DNA of 64,000 nt from Squalus acanthias (lineage: Eukaryota), in the NCBI GenBank assembly GCA_030390025.1, contig JASTWF010000334.1, positions 186,001-250,000 on the forward strand, read 5' to 3'. The position numbers and the translations under genes were made by a program. Positions within the stretch are counted from its first letter, which is position 1. Each line of letters starts with the position of its first letter. The notes under the pieces were generated by a model that had not been told where the DNA came from, did no database searches, and saw only the letters and a list, made by a program, of their open reading frames with translations. Shown piece by piece: positions 11,363 to 26,300 of this stretch.

Positions 11363-14300
11363 TATAGAGGAACGTACAAGAGTCACAAAGATTAGATAGA
11401 GGAACGTACACTGGGTGTAACACTGTAGATAGAGGAACGTACAAGAGTCACAAAGATCAGATAGAGGAATGTACACTGGGTGTAACACTGCAGATAGAGG
11501 AACGTACACTGTGTGTAACACTGCAGATAGAGGAACGTAGACTGGGTGTAACACTGCAGATAGAGGAACGTACACTGGGTGTAACACTGTAGATAGAGGA
11601 ACGTACACTGGGTGTAACACTGTAGATAGAGGAACGTACACTGGGTGTAACACTGCAGTAGAGGAACGTACACTGGGTGTAACACTGTCGATAGAGGAAC
11701 GTACACTGGGTGTAAAACTGTAGATAGAGGAACGTACACTGGGTGTAACACTGTAGATAGAGGAACGTACACTGGGTGTAACACTGTAGATAGAGGAACG
11801 TACACTGCGTGTAACACTGTCGATAGAGGAATGTACACTGGGTGCAACACTGTCGATAGAGGAACGTACACTGGGTGTAACACTGTCGATAGAGGAACGT
11901 ACACTGGGTGTAACACTGCAGATAGAGGAACGTACACTGGGTGTAACACTGTAGATAGAGGAAAGTACACTGGGTGTAACACTGCAGATAGAGGAACGTA
12001 CACTGGGTGTAACACTGTAGATAGAGGAACATACACTGGGTGTAACACTGCAGATAGAGGAACGTACACTGGGTGTAAAACTGCAGATAGAGGAACGTAG
12101 ACTGGGTGTAACACTGCAGATAGAGGAACGTACACTGGGTGTAACACTGTCGATAGAGGAACGTACACTGGGTGTAACACTGCAGAAAGAGGAACGTACA
12201 CTGGGTGTAAAACTGTCGATAGAGGAACGTACACTGGGTGTAACACTGCAGAAAGAGGAACCTACACTGGGTGTAAAACTGTCGATAGAGGAACGTACAC
12301 TGGGTGTAACACTGTAGATAGAGGAACGTACACTGGGTGTAACACTGTAGATAGAGGAACGTACACTGGGTGTAACACTGCAGATAGAGGAACGTACACT
12401 GGGTGTAACACTGCAGATTGCGTAATGTACACTGGGTGTAACACTCTAGGTAGAGGAGCGTACACTGAGTGTAACACTATAGATAGAAGAACATACACTG
12501 GGTGTAACACTGCAGATAGAGTAACGTACACTGGGTGTAACACTGCAGATACAGTAACGTACACTGGGTGTAAACACTGCAGATAGAGGAACGTACACTG
12601 GGTGTAACACTTTAGATAGAGGAACGTACACTGGGTGTAACACTGCTTAGAGAGGAATGTACACTGGGTGTAACACTGCAGATAGAGGAACGTACACTGA
12701 GTGTAACACTGCAGATAGAGGAACATGCACTGGGTGTAACATTGCAGATAGAGGAACGTACACTGGGTGTAACACTGCAGCTATAAGAACGTACACTGGG
12801 TGTAACACTGTAGATAGAGGAACGTACACTGGGTGTAACACTGCAGACAGAGGAACGTACACTGAGTGTAACACTGTAGATAGAGGAAAGTACACTGAGC
12901 GTAACACTGCAGACAGAGGAACGTACACTGAGTGTAACATTGCAGATAGAGGAACGTACACTGGGTGTAACACTGCAGATAGAGGAACGTAGACTGGGTG
13001 TAACACTGCAGACAGAGGAAAGTACACTGGGTGTAACACTGCAGATAGAGGAACGTAGACTGGGTGTAACACTGCAGATAGAGGAAAGTACACTGGGTGT
13101 AAAACTGCAGATAGAGGAACGTAGACTGGGTGTAACACTGCAGATAGAGGAACGTACACTGGGTATAACATTGTCGACAGAGGAACGTACACTGGGTGTA
13201 ACACTGCAGAAAGAGGAACGTACACTGGGTGTAAAACTGTCGATAGAGGAACGTACACTGGGTGTAACACTGCAGAAAGAGGAACGTACACTGGGTGTAA
13301 AACTGTCGATAGAGGAACGTACACTGGGTGTAACACTGCAGATAGAGGAACGTAAACTATGTGCAACACTATAGATAGAGGAACGTAGACTGGGTGTAAC
13401 ACTGCAGAGAGAGGAAAGTACACTGGGTGTAACACTGCAGATAGAAGAATGTACACTGGGTGGAACACTGTAGATAGAAGAATGTACACTGGGTGTAACA
13501 CAGCAGATAGAGGAAAGTACACTAGGTGTAACACTGCAGGGAGAGGAACGTACACTGGGTGTAACACTGCAGATAGAGGAACGTACACTGGGTGTAACAC
13601 TGCAGATAGAGGAACGTACACTGGGTGTAACACTGCAGATAGAGGAACGTAAACTATGTGCAACACTATAGATAGAGGAACGTAGACTGTGTGTAACACT
13701 GCAGATAGAGGAACGTGCACTGGTTGTAACACTGTAGATAGAAGAATGCACACTGGGTGTAACACTGCAGATAGAGGAAAGTACACTGGGTGTAACACTG
13801 CAGAGAGAGGAGCGTACACTGGGTGTAACACTGTAGATAGAAGAACGTACACTGGCTGTAACACTGCAGACAGAGGAACGTACACTGGGTGTAACACTGC
13901 AGAGAGAGGAACGTACACTGGGTGTAACACTGTAGATAGAAGAACGTACACTGGGTGTAACACTGCAGATAGAGGAACGTACACTGGGTGTAACACTGCA
14001 GATAGAGGAACGTACACTAGGTTTAACACTGCAGATAGAGGAACGTAAATTATGTGCAACACTGTAGATAGAGGATCGTACACTGGGTGTAACACTGCAG
14101 ATAGAGGAACGTACACTGGGTGTAACACTGTAGATAGAGGAACGTACAAGAGTCACAAAGATCAGATAGAGGAATGTACACTGGGTGTAACACTGCAGAT
14201 AGAGGAACGTACACTGTGTGTAACACTGCAGATAGAGGAACGTAGACTGGGTGTAACACTGCAGATAGAGGAACGTACACTGGGTGTAACACTGTAGATA

Positions 14301-17300
14301 GAGGAACGTACACTGGGTGTAACACTGTAGATAGAGGAACGTACACTGGGTGTAACACTGCAGTAGAGGAACGTACACTGGGTGTAACACTGTCGATAGA
14401 GGAACGTACACTGGGTGTAAAACTGTAGATAGAGGAACGTACACTGGGTGTAACACTGTAGATAGAGGAACGTACACTGGGTGTAACACTGTAGATAGAG
14501 GAACGTACACTGCGTGTAACACTGTCGATAGAGGAACGTACACTGGGTGTAACACTGCAGACAGAGGAACGTACACTGGGTGTAACACTGTCGATAGAGG
14601 AACGTACACTGGGTGTAACACTGCAGATAGAGGAACGTACACTGGGTGTAACACTGCAGATAGAGGAACGTACACTGGGTGTAACACTGTAGATAGAGGA
14701 ACATACACTGGGTGCAACACTGCAGATAGAGGAACGTACACTGGGTGTAAAACTGCAGATAGAGGAACGTAGACTGGGTGTAACACTGCAGATAGAGGAA
14801 CGTACACTGGGTGTAACACTGTCGATAGAGGAACGTACACTGGGTGTAACACTGCAGAAAGAGGAACGTACACTGGGTGTAAAACTGTCGATAGAGGAAC
14901 GTACACTGGGTGTAACACTGCAGAAAGAGGAACCTACACTGGGTGTAAAACTGTCGACAGAGGAACGTACACTGGGTGTAACACTGTAGATAGAGGAACG
15001 TACACTGGGTGTAACACTGTAGATAGAGGAACGTACACTGGGTGTAACACTGCAGATAGAGGAACGTACACTGGGTGTAACACTGCAGATTGCGTAATGT
15101 ACACTGGGTGTAACACTCTAGGTAGAGGAGCGTACACTGAGTGTAACACTATAGATAGAAGAACATACACTGGGTGTAACACTGCAGATAGAGTAACGTA
15201 CACTGGGTGTAACACTGCAGATAGAGGAACGTACACTGGGTGTAACACTTTAGATAGAGGAACGTACACTGGGTGTAACACTGCTTAGAGAGGAATGTAC
15301 ACTGGGTGTAACACTGCAGATAGAGGAACGTACACTGGGTGTAACACTGCAGACAGAGGAACGTACACTGAGTGTAACACTGTAGATAGAGGAAAGTACA
15401 CTGAGCGTAACACTGCAGATAGAGGAACGTACACTGGGTATAACATTGTCGATAGAGGAACGTACACTGGGTGTAACACTGCTTAGAGAGGAATGTACAC
15501 TGGGTGTAACACTGCAGATAGAGGAACGTACACTGAGTGTAACATTGCAGATAGAGGAACGTACACTGGGTGTAACACTGCAGATAGAGGAAAGTACACT
15601 GGGTGTAAAACTGCAGATAGAGGAACGTAGACTGGGTGTAACACTGCAGATAGAGGAACGTACACTGGGTATAACATTGTCGATAGAGGAACGTACACTG
15701 GGTGTAACACTGCAGAAAGAGGAACGTACACTGGGTGTAAAACTGTCGATAGAGGAACGTACACTGGGTGTAACACTGCAGAAAGAGGAACGTACACTGG
15801 GTGTAAAACTGTCGATAGAGGAACGTACACTGGGTGTAACACTGCAGATAGAGGAACGTAAACTATGAGCAACACTATAGATAGAGGAACGTAGACTGGG
15901 TGTAACACTGCAGATAGAGGAAAGTACACTGGGTGTAACACTGTAGATAGAAGAATGTACACTGGGTGGAACACTGTAGATAGAAGAATGTACACTGGGT
16001 GTAACACAGCAGATAGAGGAAAGTACACTAGGTGTAACACTGCAGGGAGAGGAACGTACACTGGGTGTAACACTGCAGATAGAGGAACGTACACTGGGTG
16101 TAACACTGCAGATAGAGGAACGTACACTGGGTGTAACACTGCAGATTGCGTAATGTACACTGGGTGTAACACTGCAGATTGCGTAATGTACACTGGGTGT
16201 AACACTGCAGGCAGAGGAACATACACTGGTGTAACAGCACAGATAGAAGTACATACACTGGGTGTAACACTCTAGGTAGAGGAGCGTACACTGAGTGTAA
16301 CACTATAGATAGAAGAACATACACTGGGTGTAACACTGCAGATAGAGTAACGTACACTGGGTGTAACACTGCAAATAGAGGAACGTAAACTGGGTGTACC
16401 ACTGCAGATACAGTAACGTACACTGGGTGTAAACACTGCAGATAGAGGAACGTACACTGGGTGTAACACTGCAGAAAGAGGAACGTACACTGGGTGTAAA
16501 ACTGTCGATAGAGGAACGTACACTGGGTGTAACACTGCAGATAGAGGAACGTAAACTATGTGCAACACTATAGATAGAGGAACGTAGACTGGGTGTAACA
16601 CTGCAGATAGAGGAAAGTACACTGGGTGTAACACTGCAGAGAGAGGAACGTACACTGGGTGTAACACTGTAGATAGAAGAACGTACACTGGGTGTAACAC
16701 TGCAGATAGAGGAAAGTACACTGGGTGTAACACTGCAGAGAGAGGAACGTACACTGGGTGTAACACAGTAGATAGAAAAACGTACACTGGGTGTAACACT
16801 GCAGATAGAGGAACGTACACTAGGTTTAACACTGCAGATAGAGGAACGTAAATTATGTGCAACACTGTAGATAGAGGATCGTACACTGGGTGTAACACTG
16901 CAGATAGAGGAACGTACACTGGGTGTAACACTGTAGATAGAGGAACGTACACTGGGTGTAACACTGTAGATAGTGGAACGTAAACTGGGTGTAACACTGT
17001 AGATAGTGGAACGTACACTGGGTGTAACACTGCAGATAGAGGAACGTACACTGGGTGTAACACTGCAGATAGAGGAACGTACACTGGGTGTAACACTGTA
17101 GATAGAGGAACGTACACTGGGTGTAACACTGCAGAGAGAGGAACGTACACTGTGTGTAACACTGCAGATAGAGGAACGTACACTGCGTGTAACACTGCTG
17201 ATAGAGGAACGTACACTGGGTGTAACACTGTAGAGAGAGGAAAGTACACTGGGTGTAACACTGTGATAGAGAACGTACACTGGGTGTAGCACTGCAGATA

Positions 17301-20300
17301 GAGAACGTACACTGGTTTAACACTGTAGATAGAGGAACGTACACTGGGTGCAACACTGTTGATAGAGGAACGTACTCTGGGTGTAACACTGTAGATAGAG
17401 GAACGTACACTGGGTGTAACACTGTAGGTAGAGCAAAGTACACTGGGTGTAACACTGCAGATAGTGGAACGTAAACTTGGTGTAACACTGCAGATAGTGG
17501 AACGTACACTGGGTGTAACACTGCAGATAGAGGAAAGTACACTGGGTGTAACACAGCAGATAGAGGAACGTACACTGGGTGTAACACTGTAGATAGAGGA
17601 ACGTACACTGGGTGTAACACTGCAGATAGAGGAACGTACACTGTGTGTAACACTGCAGATAGAGGAACGTACACTGCGTGTAACATTGTGGATAGAGGAA
17701 CGTACACTGGGTGTAACACTGTAGATAGAGGAACATACACTGGGTGTAACATTGTGGATAGAGGAACGTACACTGGGTGTAGCACTGTAGATAGAAGAAC
17801 GTACACTGGGTTTAACACTGTAGATATAGGAACGTACACTGGGTGGAACACTGTTGATAGAGGAACGTACTCTGGGTGTAACACTGTAGATAGAGGAACG
17901 TACACTGGGTGTAACACTGTAGGTAGAGGAACGTACACTGGGTGTAACACTGTAGGTAGAGCAAAGTACAATGGGTGTAACACTGCAGATAGAGGAACGT
18001 ACACTTGATGTAACACTGCAGATAGGAACGTACACTGAGTGTAACACTGTAGATAGAGGAACGTACACTGGGTGTAACACTGCAGATAGAGGAACGTACA
18101 CTGGGTGTAACACTGCAGATAGAGGAAAGTACACTAGGTGTAACACTGCAGGGAGAGGAACGTACACTGGGTGTAACACTGCAGATAGAGGAACGTACAC
18201 TGGGTGTAACACTGCAGATAGAGGAACGTACACTGGGTGTAACACTGCAGATAGAGGAACGTAAACTAGGTGCAACACTATAGATAGAGGAATGTAGACT
18301 GGGTGTAACACTGCAGATAGAGGAACGTGCACTGGTTGTAACACTGTAGATAGAAGAATGCACACTGGGTGTAACACTGCAGATAGAGGAAAGTACACTG
18401 GGTGTAACACTGCAGAGAGAGGAGCGTACACTGGGTGTAACACTGTAGATAGAAGAACGTACACTGGCTGTAACACTGCAGACAGAGGAACGTACACTGG
18501 GTGTAACACTGCAGAGAGAGGAACGTACACTGGGTGTAACACTGTAGATAGAAGAACGTACACTGGGTGTAACACTGCAGATAGAGGAAAGTACACTGGG
18601 TGTAACACTGCAGAGAGAGGAACGTACACTGGGTGTAACACAGTAGATAGAAAAACGTACACTGGGTGTAACACTGCAGATAGAGGAACGTACACTAGGT
18701 TTAACACTGCAGATAGAGGAACGTAAATGAGTGTAACACTGTAGATAGAGGATCGTACACTGGGTGTAACACTGCAGATAGAGGAACGTACACTGGGTGT
18801 AACACTGTAGATAGAGGAACGTACACTGGGTGTAACACTGTAGATAGTGGAACGTAAACTGGGTGTAACACTGTAGATAGTGGAACGTACACTGGGTGTA
18901 ACACTGCAGATAGAGGAAAGTACACTGGGTGTAACACAGCAGATAGAGGAACGTACACTGGGTGTAACACTGTAGATAGAGGAACGTACACTGGGTGTAA
19001 CACTGCAGATAGAGGAACGTACACTGTGTGTAACACTGCAGATAGAGGAACGTACACTGCGTGTAACACTGTAGATAGAGGAACATACACTGGGTGTAAC
19101 ATTGTGGATAGAGGAACGTACACTGGGTGTAGCACTGTAGATAGAAGAACGTACACTGGGTTTAACACTGTAGATATAGGAACGTACACTGGGTGGAACA
19201 CTGTTGATAGAGGAACGTACTCTGGGTGTAACACTGTAGATAGAGGAACGTACACTGGGTGTAACACTGTAGGTAGAGGAACGTACACTGGGTGTAACAC
19301 TGTAGGTAGAGCAAAGTACAATGGGTGTAACACTGCAGATAGAGGAACGTACACTTGATGTAACACTGCAGATAGGAACGTACACTGAGTGTAACACTGT
19401 AGATAGAGGAACGTACACTGGGTGTAACACTGCAGATAGAGGAACGTACACTGGGTGTAACACTGCAGATTGCGTAATGTACACTGGGTGTAACACTGCA
19501 GGCAGAGGAACGTACACTGGTGTAACAGCACAGATAGAAGTACATACACTGGGTGTAACACTCTAGGTAGAGGAGCGTACACTGAGTGTAACACTATAGA
19601 TAGAAGAACATACACTGGGTGTAACACTGCAGATAGAGTAACGTACACTGGGTGTAACACTGCAAATAGAGGAACGTAAACTGGGTGTACCACTGCAGAT
19701 ACAGTAACGTACACTGGGTGTAAACACTGCAGATAGAGGAACGTACACTGGGTGTAACACTTTAGATAGAGGAACGTACACTGGGTGTAACACTGCTGAC
19801 AGAGGAATGTACACTGGGTGTAACACTGCAGATAGAGGAACGTACACTGAGTGTAGCACTGCAGATATGGAACATGCACTGGGTGTAACATTGCAGATAG
19901 AGGAACGTACACTGGGTGTAACACTGCAGATATAAGAACGTACACTGGGTGTAACACTGTAGATAGAGGAACATACACAGGGTGTAACACTGCAGACAGA
20001 GGAACGTACACTGAGTGTAACACTGTAGATAGAGGAACGTACACTGAGTGTAACACTGCAAACAGAGGAACGTACACTGAGTGTAACATTGCAGATAGAG
20101 GAACGTACACTGGGTGTAACACTGCAGATAGAGGAACGTACACTGAGTGTAACACTGTAGATAGAGGAACGTACACTGGGTGTAACATTGCAGATAGAGG
20201 AACGTACACTGGGTGTAAAATTGCAGATCGAGGAACTTGCACTGAGTGTAACACTGTAGATAGAGGAACGTACACTGTGTGTAACACTGCAGATAGAGGA

Positions 20301-23300
20301 ACGTACACTGGGTGTAACACTGTAGATAGAGGAACGTACACTGGGTGTAACATTGCAGATAGAGGAACGTGCACTGAGTGTAACACTGCAGATAGAGGAA
20401 CGTACACTGGGTGTAAGACTGTAGATAGAGGAACGTTCACTGGGTGTAACACTGCAGATAGAGGATCGTACACTGGGTGTAACACTGTAGATAGAGGAAT
20501 GTACACTGGGTGTAACACTGCAGGTAGAGGAACGTACACTGGGTGTAACACTGTAGGTAGAGGAACGTACACTGGGTGTAACACTGCAGATAGAGGAACG
20601 TACACTGGGTGTAACACTGCGGATAGGAACGTACACTGGGTGTAACACTGTAGATAGAGGAACGTACACTGGGTGTAACACTGCTGATAGGGAACGTACA
20701 CTGGGTGTAACACTGCAGATAGAGGAACGTACACTAGGGTGTAACACTGTAGATAGAGGAACGTACACTGGGTGTAACACTGTAGATAGAGGACGTACAC
20801 TGGGTGTAACACTGCAGATAGAGGAAAGTACACTGGGTGTAACACTGCAGATAGAGAACGTACACTGGGTGTAACACTGCAGTAGAGGAACGTACACTGG
20901 GTGTAACACTGCAGATAGAGGAACGTACACTGGGTGTAACACTGTAGATAGAGGAACGTACACTGGGTGTAACACTGCTGATAGAGGAACGTACACTGGG
21001 TGTAACACTGCAGATAGAGGAACGTACACTGGGTGTAACACTGCAGATAGAGGAACGTACACTGGGTGTAACACTGCAGTAGAGGAACGTACACTGGGTG
21101 TAACACTGCAGATAGAGGAACGTACACTGGGTGTAACACTGCAGATAGAGGAACGTACACTGGGTGTAACACTGCAGTAGAGGAACGTACACTGGGTGTA
21201 ACACTGTAGATAGAGGAACGTACACTGGGTGTAACACTGTAGATAGAGGAACGTACACTGGGTGTAACACTGTAGATAGAGGAACGTACACTGGGTGTAA
21301 CACTGCAGATAGAGGAACGTACACTGGGTGTAACACTGCTGTAGAGGAACGTACACTGGGTGTAACACTGTAGATAGAGGAACGTACACTGGGTGTAACA
21401 CTGCAGATAGAGGAACGTACACTGGGTGTAACACTGCAGTAGAGGAACGTACACTGGGTGTAACACTGTAGATAGAGGAACGTACACTGCGTGTAACACT
21501 GTAGATAGAGGAACATACACTGGGTGTAACACTGCAGATAGAGGAACGTACACTGGGTGTAACACTGTAGATAGAGGAATGTACACTGGTTGTAACACTG
21601 TAGATAGAGGAACGTACACTGGGTGTAACACTGTAGATAGAAGAACGTACACTGGGTGTAACAATGTAGATAGAGGAACGTACACTGGGTGTAACACTGT
21701 AGATAGAGGAACGTACACTGGGTGTAACAGTGTAGATAGAGGAACGTACACTGGGTGTAACACTGTAGATAGAGGAACGTACACTGGGTGTAACACTGCA
21801 GATAGAGGAACGTACACTGTGTGTAACACTGTCGATAGAGGAACGTACACTGAGTGTAACACTGCAGACAGAGGAACATGCACTGGGTGTAACATTGCAG
21901 ATACAGGAACGTACACTGGGTGGAACATTGCAGATACAGGAACGTACACTGGGTGTAACACTGCAGATAGAGGAACGTACACTGAGTGTAACACTGTAGA
22001 TAGAGGAACATACACAGGGTGTAACACTGCAGACAGAGGAACGTACACTGAGTGTAACACTGTAGATAGAGGAACGTACACTGAGTGTAACACTGCAGAC
22101 AGAGGAACGTACACTGAGTGTAACATTGCAGATAGAGGAACGTACACTGGGTGTAACACTGCAGATAGAGGAACGTACACTGAGTGTAACACTGTATGTA
22201 GAGGAACGTACACTGGGTGTAACATTGCAGATAGAGGAACGTACACTGGGTGTAACATTGCAGATAGAGGAACTTGCACTGAGTGTAACACTGTAGATAG
22301 AGGAACGTACACTGTGTGTAACACTGCAGATAGAGGAACGTACACTGGGTGTAACACTGTAGATAGAGGAACGTACACTGGGTGTAACATTGCAGATAGA
22401 GGAACGTGCACTGAGTGAAACACTGCAGATAGAGGAACGTACACTGGGTGTAACACTGCAGATAGAGGAACGTACACTGAGTGTAACACTGCAGATAGAG
22501 GAACGTACCCTGGGTGTAACACTGCAGATAGAGGAACGTACACTGGGTGTAACACTGCAGATAGAGGAACGTACACTGAGTGTAACACTGCAGATAGAGG
22601 AAAGTAAACTGGGTGTAACACTGTAGATAGAGGAACGTACACTGAGTGTAACACTGCAGATAGAGGAAAGTACACTGGGTGTAACACTGTAAATAGAGGA
22701 ACGTACACTGAGTGTAACACTGCAGATAGAGGAAAGTACACTGGGTGTAACACTGTCGATAGAGGAACGTACAGTGGGTGTAAAACTGTCGACAGAGGAA
22801 CATACACTGGGTGTAACACTGTCGATAGAGGAACGTACACTGGGTGTAACACTGCCGATAGAGGAACGTACACTGGGTGTAACACTGTCGATAGAGGAAT
22901 GTACACTGGGTGTAACACTGCAGGTAGAGGAACGTACACTGGGTGTAACACTGTAGGTAGAGGAACGTACACTGGGTGTAACACTGCAGATAGAGGAACG
23001 TACACTGGGTGTAACACTGCAGATAGGAACGTACACTGGGTGTAACACTGTAGATAGAGGAACGTACACTGGGTGTAACACTGCAGAGAGAGGAACGTAC
23101 ACTGGGTGTAACACTGTAGATAGAGGACTGTACACTGGGTGTAACACTGCAGATAGAGGAACGTACACTGGGTGTAACACTGTAGATAGAAGAATATACA
23201 CTGGGTGTAACACTGTAGATAGAGGAACGTACACTGGGTGTAACACTGCAGATAGAGGAACGTACACTGGATGTAACACTGCAGATAGAGGAACGTACAC

Positions 23301-26300
23301 TGGGTGTAACACTGCAGATAGAGGAACGTACACTGGGTGTAACACTGCAGTAGAGGAACGTACACTGGGTGTAACACTGCAGATAGAGGAACGTACACTG
23401 GGTGTAACACTGCAGATAGAGGAACGTACACTGGTGTAACACTGCAGTAGAGGAACGTACACTGGGTGTAACACTGTAGATAGAGGAACGTACACTGGGT
23501 GTAACACTGTAGATAGAGGAACGTACACTGGGTGTAACACTGTAGATAGAGGAACGTACACTGGGTGTAACACTGTAGATAGAGGAACGTACACTGTGTG
23601 TAACACTGCAGATAGAGGAACGTACACTGTGTGTAACACTGCTGATAGAGGAATGTACACTGGGTGTAACACTGCAGATAGAGGAACGTACACTGAGTGT
23701 AACACTGCAGACAGAGGAACATGCACTGGGTGTAACATTGCAGATACAGGAACGTACACTGGGTGTAACACTGCAGATAGAGGAACGTACACTGAGTGTA
23801 ACACTGTAGATAGAGGAACATACACAGGGTGTAACACTGCAGACAGAGGAACGTACACTGAGTGTAACACTGTAGATAGAGGAACGTACACTGAGTGTAA
23901 CACTGCAGACAGAGGAACGTACACTGAGTGTAACATTGCAGATAGAGGAACGTACACTGGGTGTAACACTGCAGATAGAGGAACGTACACTGAGTGTAAC
24001 ACTGTATGTAGAGGAACGTACACTGGGTGTAACATTGCAGATAGTGGAACGTACACTGGGTGTAACATTGCAGATAGAGGAACTTGCACTGAGTGTAACA
24101 CTGTAGATAGAGGAACGTACACTGTGTGTAACACTGCAGATAGAGGAACGTACACTGGGTGTAAGACTGTAGATAGAGGAACGTACACTGTGTGTAACAC
24201 TGCAGATAGAGGAACGTACACTGGGTGTAACACTGCAGATAGAGGAACGTACACTGGGTGTAAGACTGTAGATAGAGGAACGTACACTGGGTGTAACACT
24301 GCAGATAGAGGAACGTACACTGGGTGTAACACTGCAGATAGAGGAACGTACACTGAGTGTAACACTGCAGATAGAGGAAAGTAAACTGGGTGTAACACTG
24401 CAGATAGAGGAACGTACACTGGGTGTAACACTGCAGATAGAGGAACGTACACTGGGTGTAACACTGTAGATAGAGGAACGTACACTGAGTGTAACACTGC
24501 AGATAGAGGAAAGTACACTGGGTGTAACACTGTAAATAGAGGAACGTACACTGAGTGTAACACTGCAGATAGAGGAAAGTACACTGGGTGTAACACTGCA
24601 GATAGAGGAACGCACACTGGGTGTAACACTGCAGATAGAGGAACGTACACTGGGTGTAACACTGTAGATAGAGGAACGTACACTGGGTGTAACACTGCAG
24701 ATAGAGGAACGTACACTGAGTGTAACACTGCAGATAGAGGAAAGTACACTGAGTGTAACACTGCAGCTAGAGGAACGTACACTGGGTGTAACACTGTCGA
24801 TAGAGGAACGTACAGTGGGTGTAAAACTGTCGACAGAGGAACATACACTGGGTGTAACACTGTCGATAGAGGAACGTACACTGGGTGTAACACTGCCGAT
24901 AGAGGAACGTACACTGGGTGTAACACTGTCGATAGAGGAATGTACACTGGGTGTAACACTGCAGGTAGAGGAACGTACACTGGGTGTAACACTGTAGGTA
25001 GAGGAACGTACACTGGGTGTAACACTGCAGATAGAGGAACGTACACTGGGTGTAACACTGCAGATAGGAACGTACACTGGGTGTAACACTGTAGATAGAG
25101 GAACGTACACTGGGTCTAACACTGCAGAGAGAGGAACGTACACTGGGTGTAACACTGTAGATAGAGGACTGTACACTGGGTGTAACACTGCAGATAGAGG
25201 AACGTACACTGGGTGTAACACTGTAGATAGAAGAATATACACTGGGTGTAACACTGTAGATAGAGGAACGTGCACTGGGTGTAACACTGCAGATAGAGGA
25301 ACGTACACTGGGTGTAACACTGCAGATAGAGGAACGTACACTGGGTGTAACACTGCAGTAGAGGAACGTACACTGGGTGTAACACTGCAGATAGAGGAAC
25401 GTACACTGGGTGTAACACTGCAGATAGAGGAACGTACACTGGGTGTAACACTGCAGTAGAGGAACGTACACTGGGTGTAACACTGTAGATAGAGGAACGT
25501 ACACTGGGTGTAACACTGTAGATAGAGGAACGTACACTGGGTGTAACACTGTAGATAGAGGAACGTACACTGGATGTAACACTGCAGATAGAGGAACGTA
25601 CACTGGGTGTACCACTGCTGTAGAGGAACGTACACTGGGTGTAACACTGTAGATAGAGGAACGTACACTGGGTGTAACACTGCAGATATAAGAACGTACA
25701 CTGGGTGTAACACTGTAGATAGAGGAACATACGCAGGGTGTAACACTGCAGACAGAGGAACGTACACTGAGTGTAACACTGTAGATAGAGGAACGTACAC
25801 TGAGTGTAACACTGCAGACAGAGGAACGTACACTGAGTGTAACATTGCAGATAGAGCAACGTACACTGGGTGTAACACTGCAGATAGAGGAACGTACACT
25901 GAGTGTAACACTGTAGGTAGAGGAACGTACACTGGGTGTAACATTGCAGATAGAGGAACGTACACTGGGTGTAACATTGCAGATAGAGGAACTTGCACTG
26001 AGTGTAACACTGTAGATAGAGGAACGTACACTGTGTGTAACACTGCCGATAGAGGAACGTACACTGGGTGTAACACTGTAGATAGAGGAACGTACACTGG
26101 GTGTAACATTGCAGATAGAGGAACGTGCACTGAGTGTAACACTGCAGATAGAGGAACGTACACTGGGTGTAAGACTGTAGATAGAGGAACGTACACTGGG
26201 TGTAACACTGCAGATAGAGGAACGTACACTGAGTGTAACACTGCAGATAGAGGAACGTACACTGGGTGTAACACTGCAGATAGAGGAACGTACACTGGGT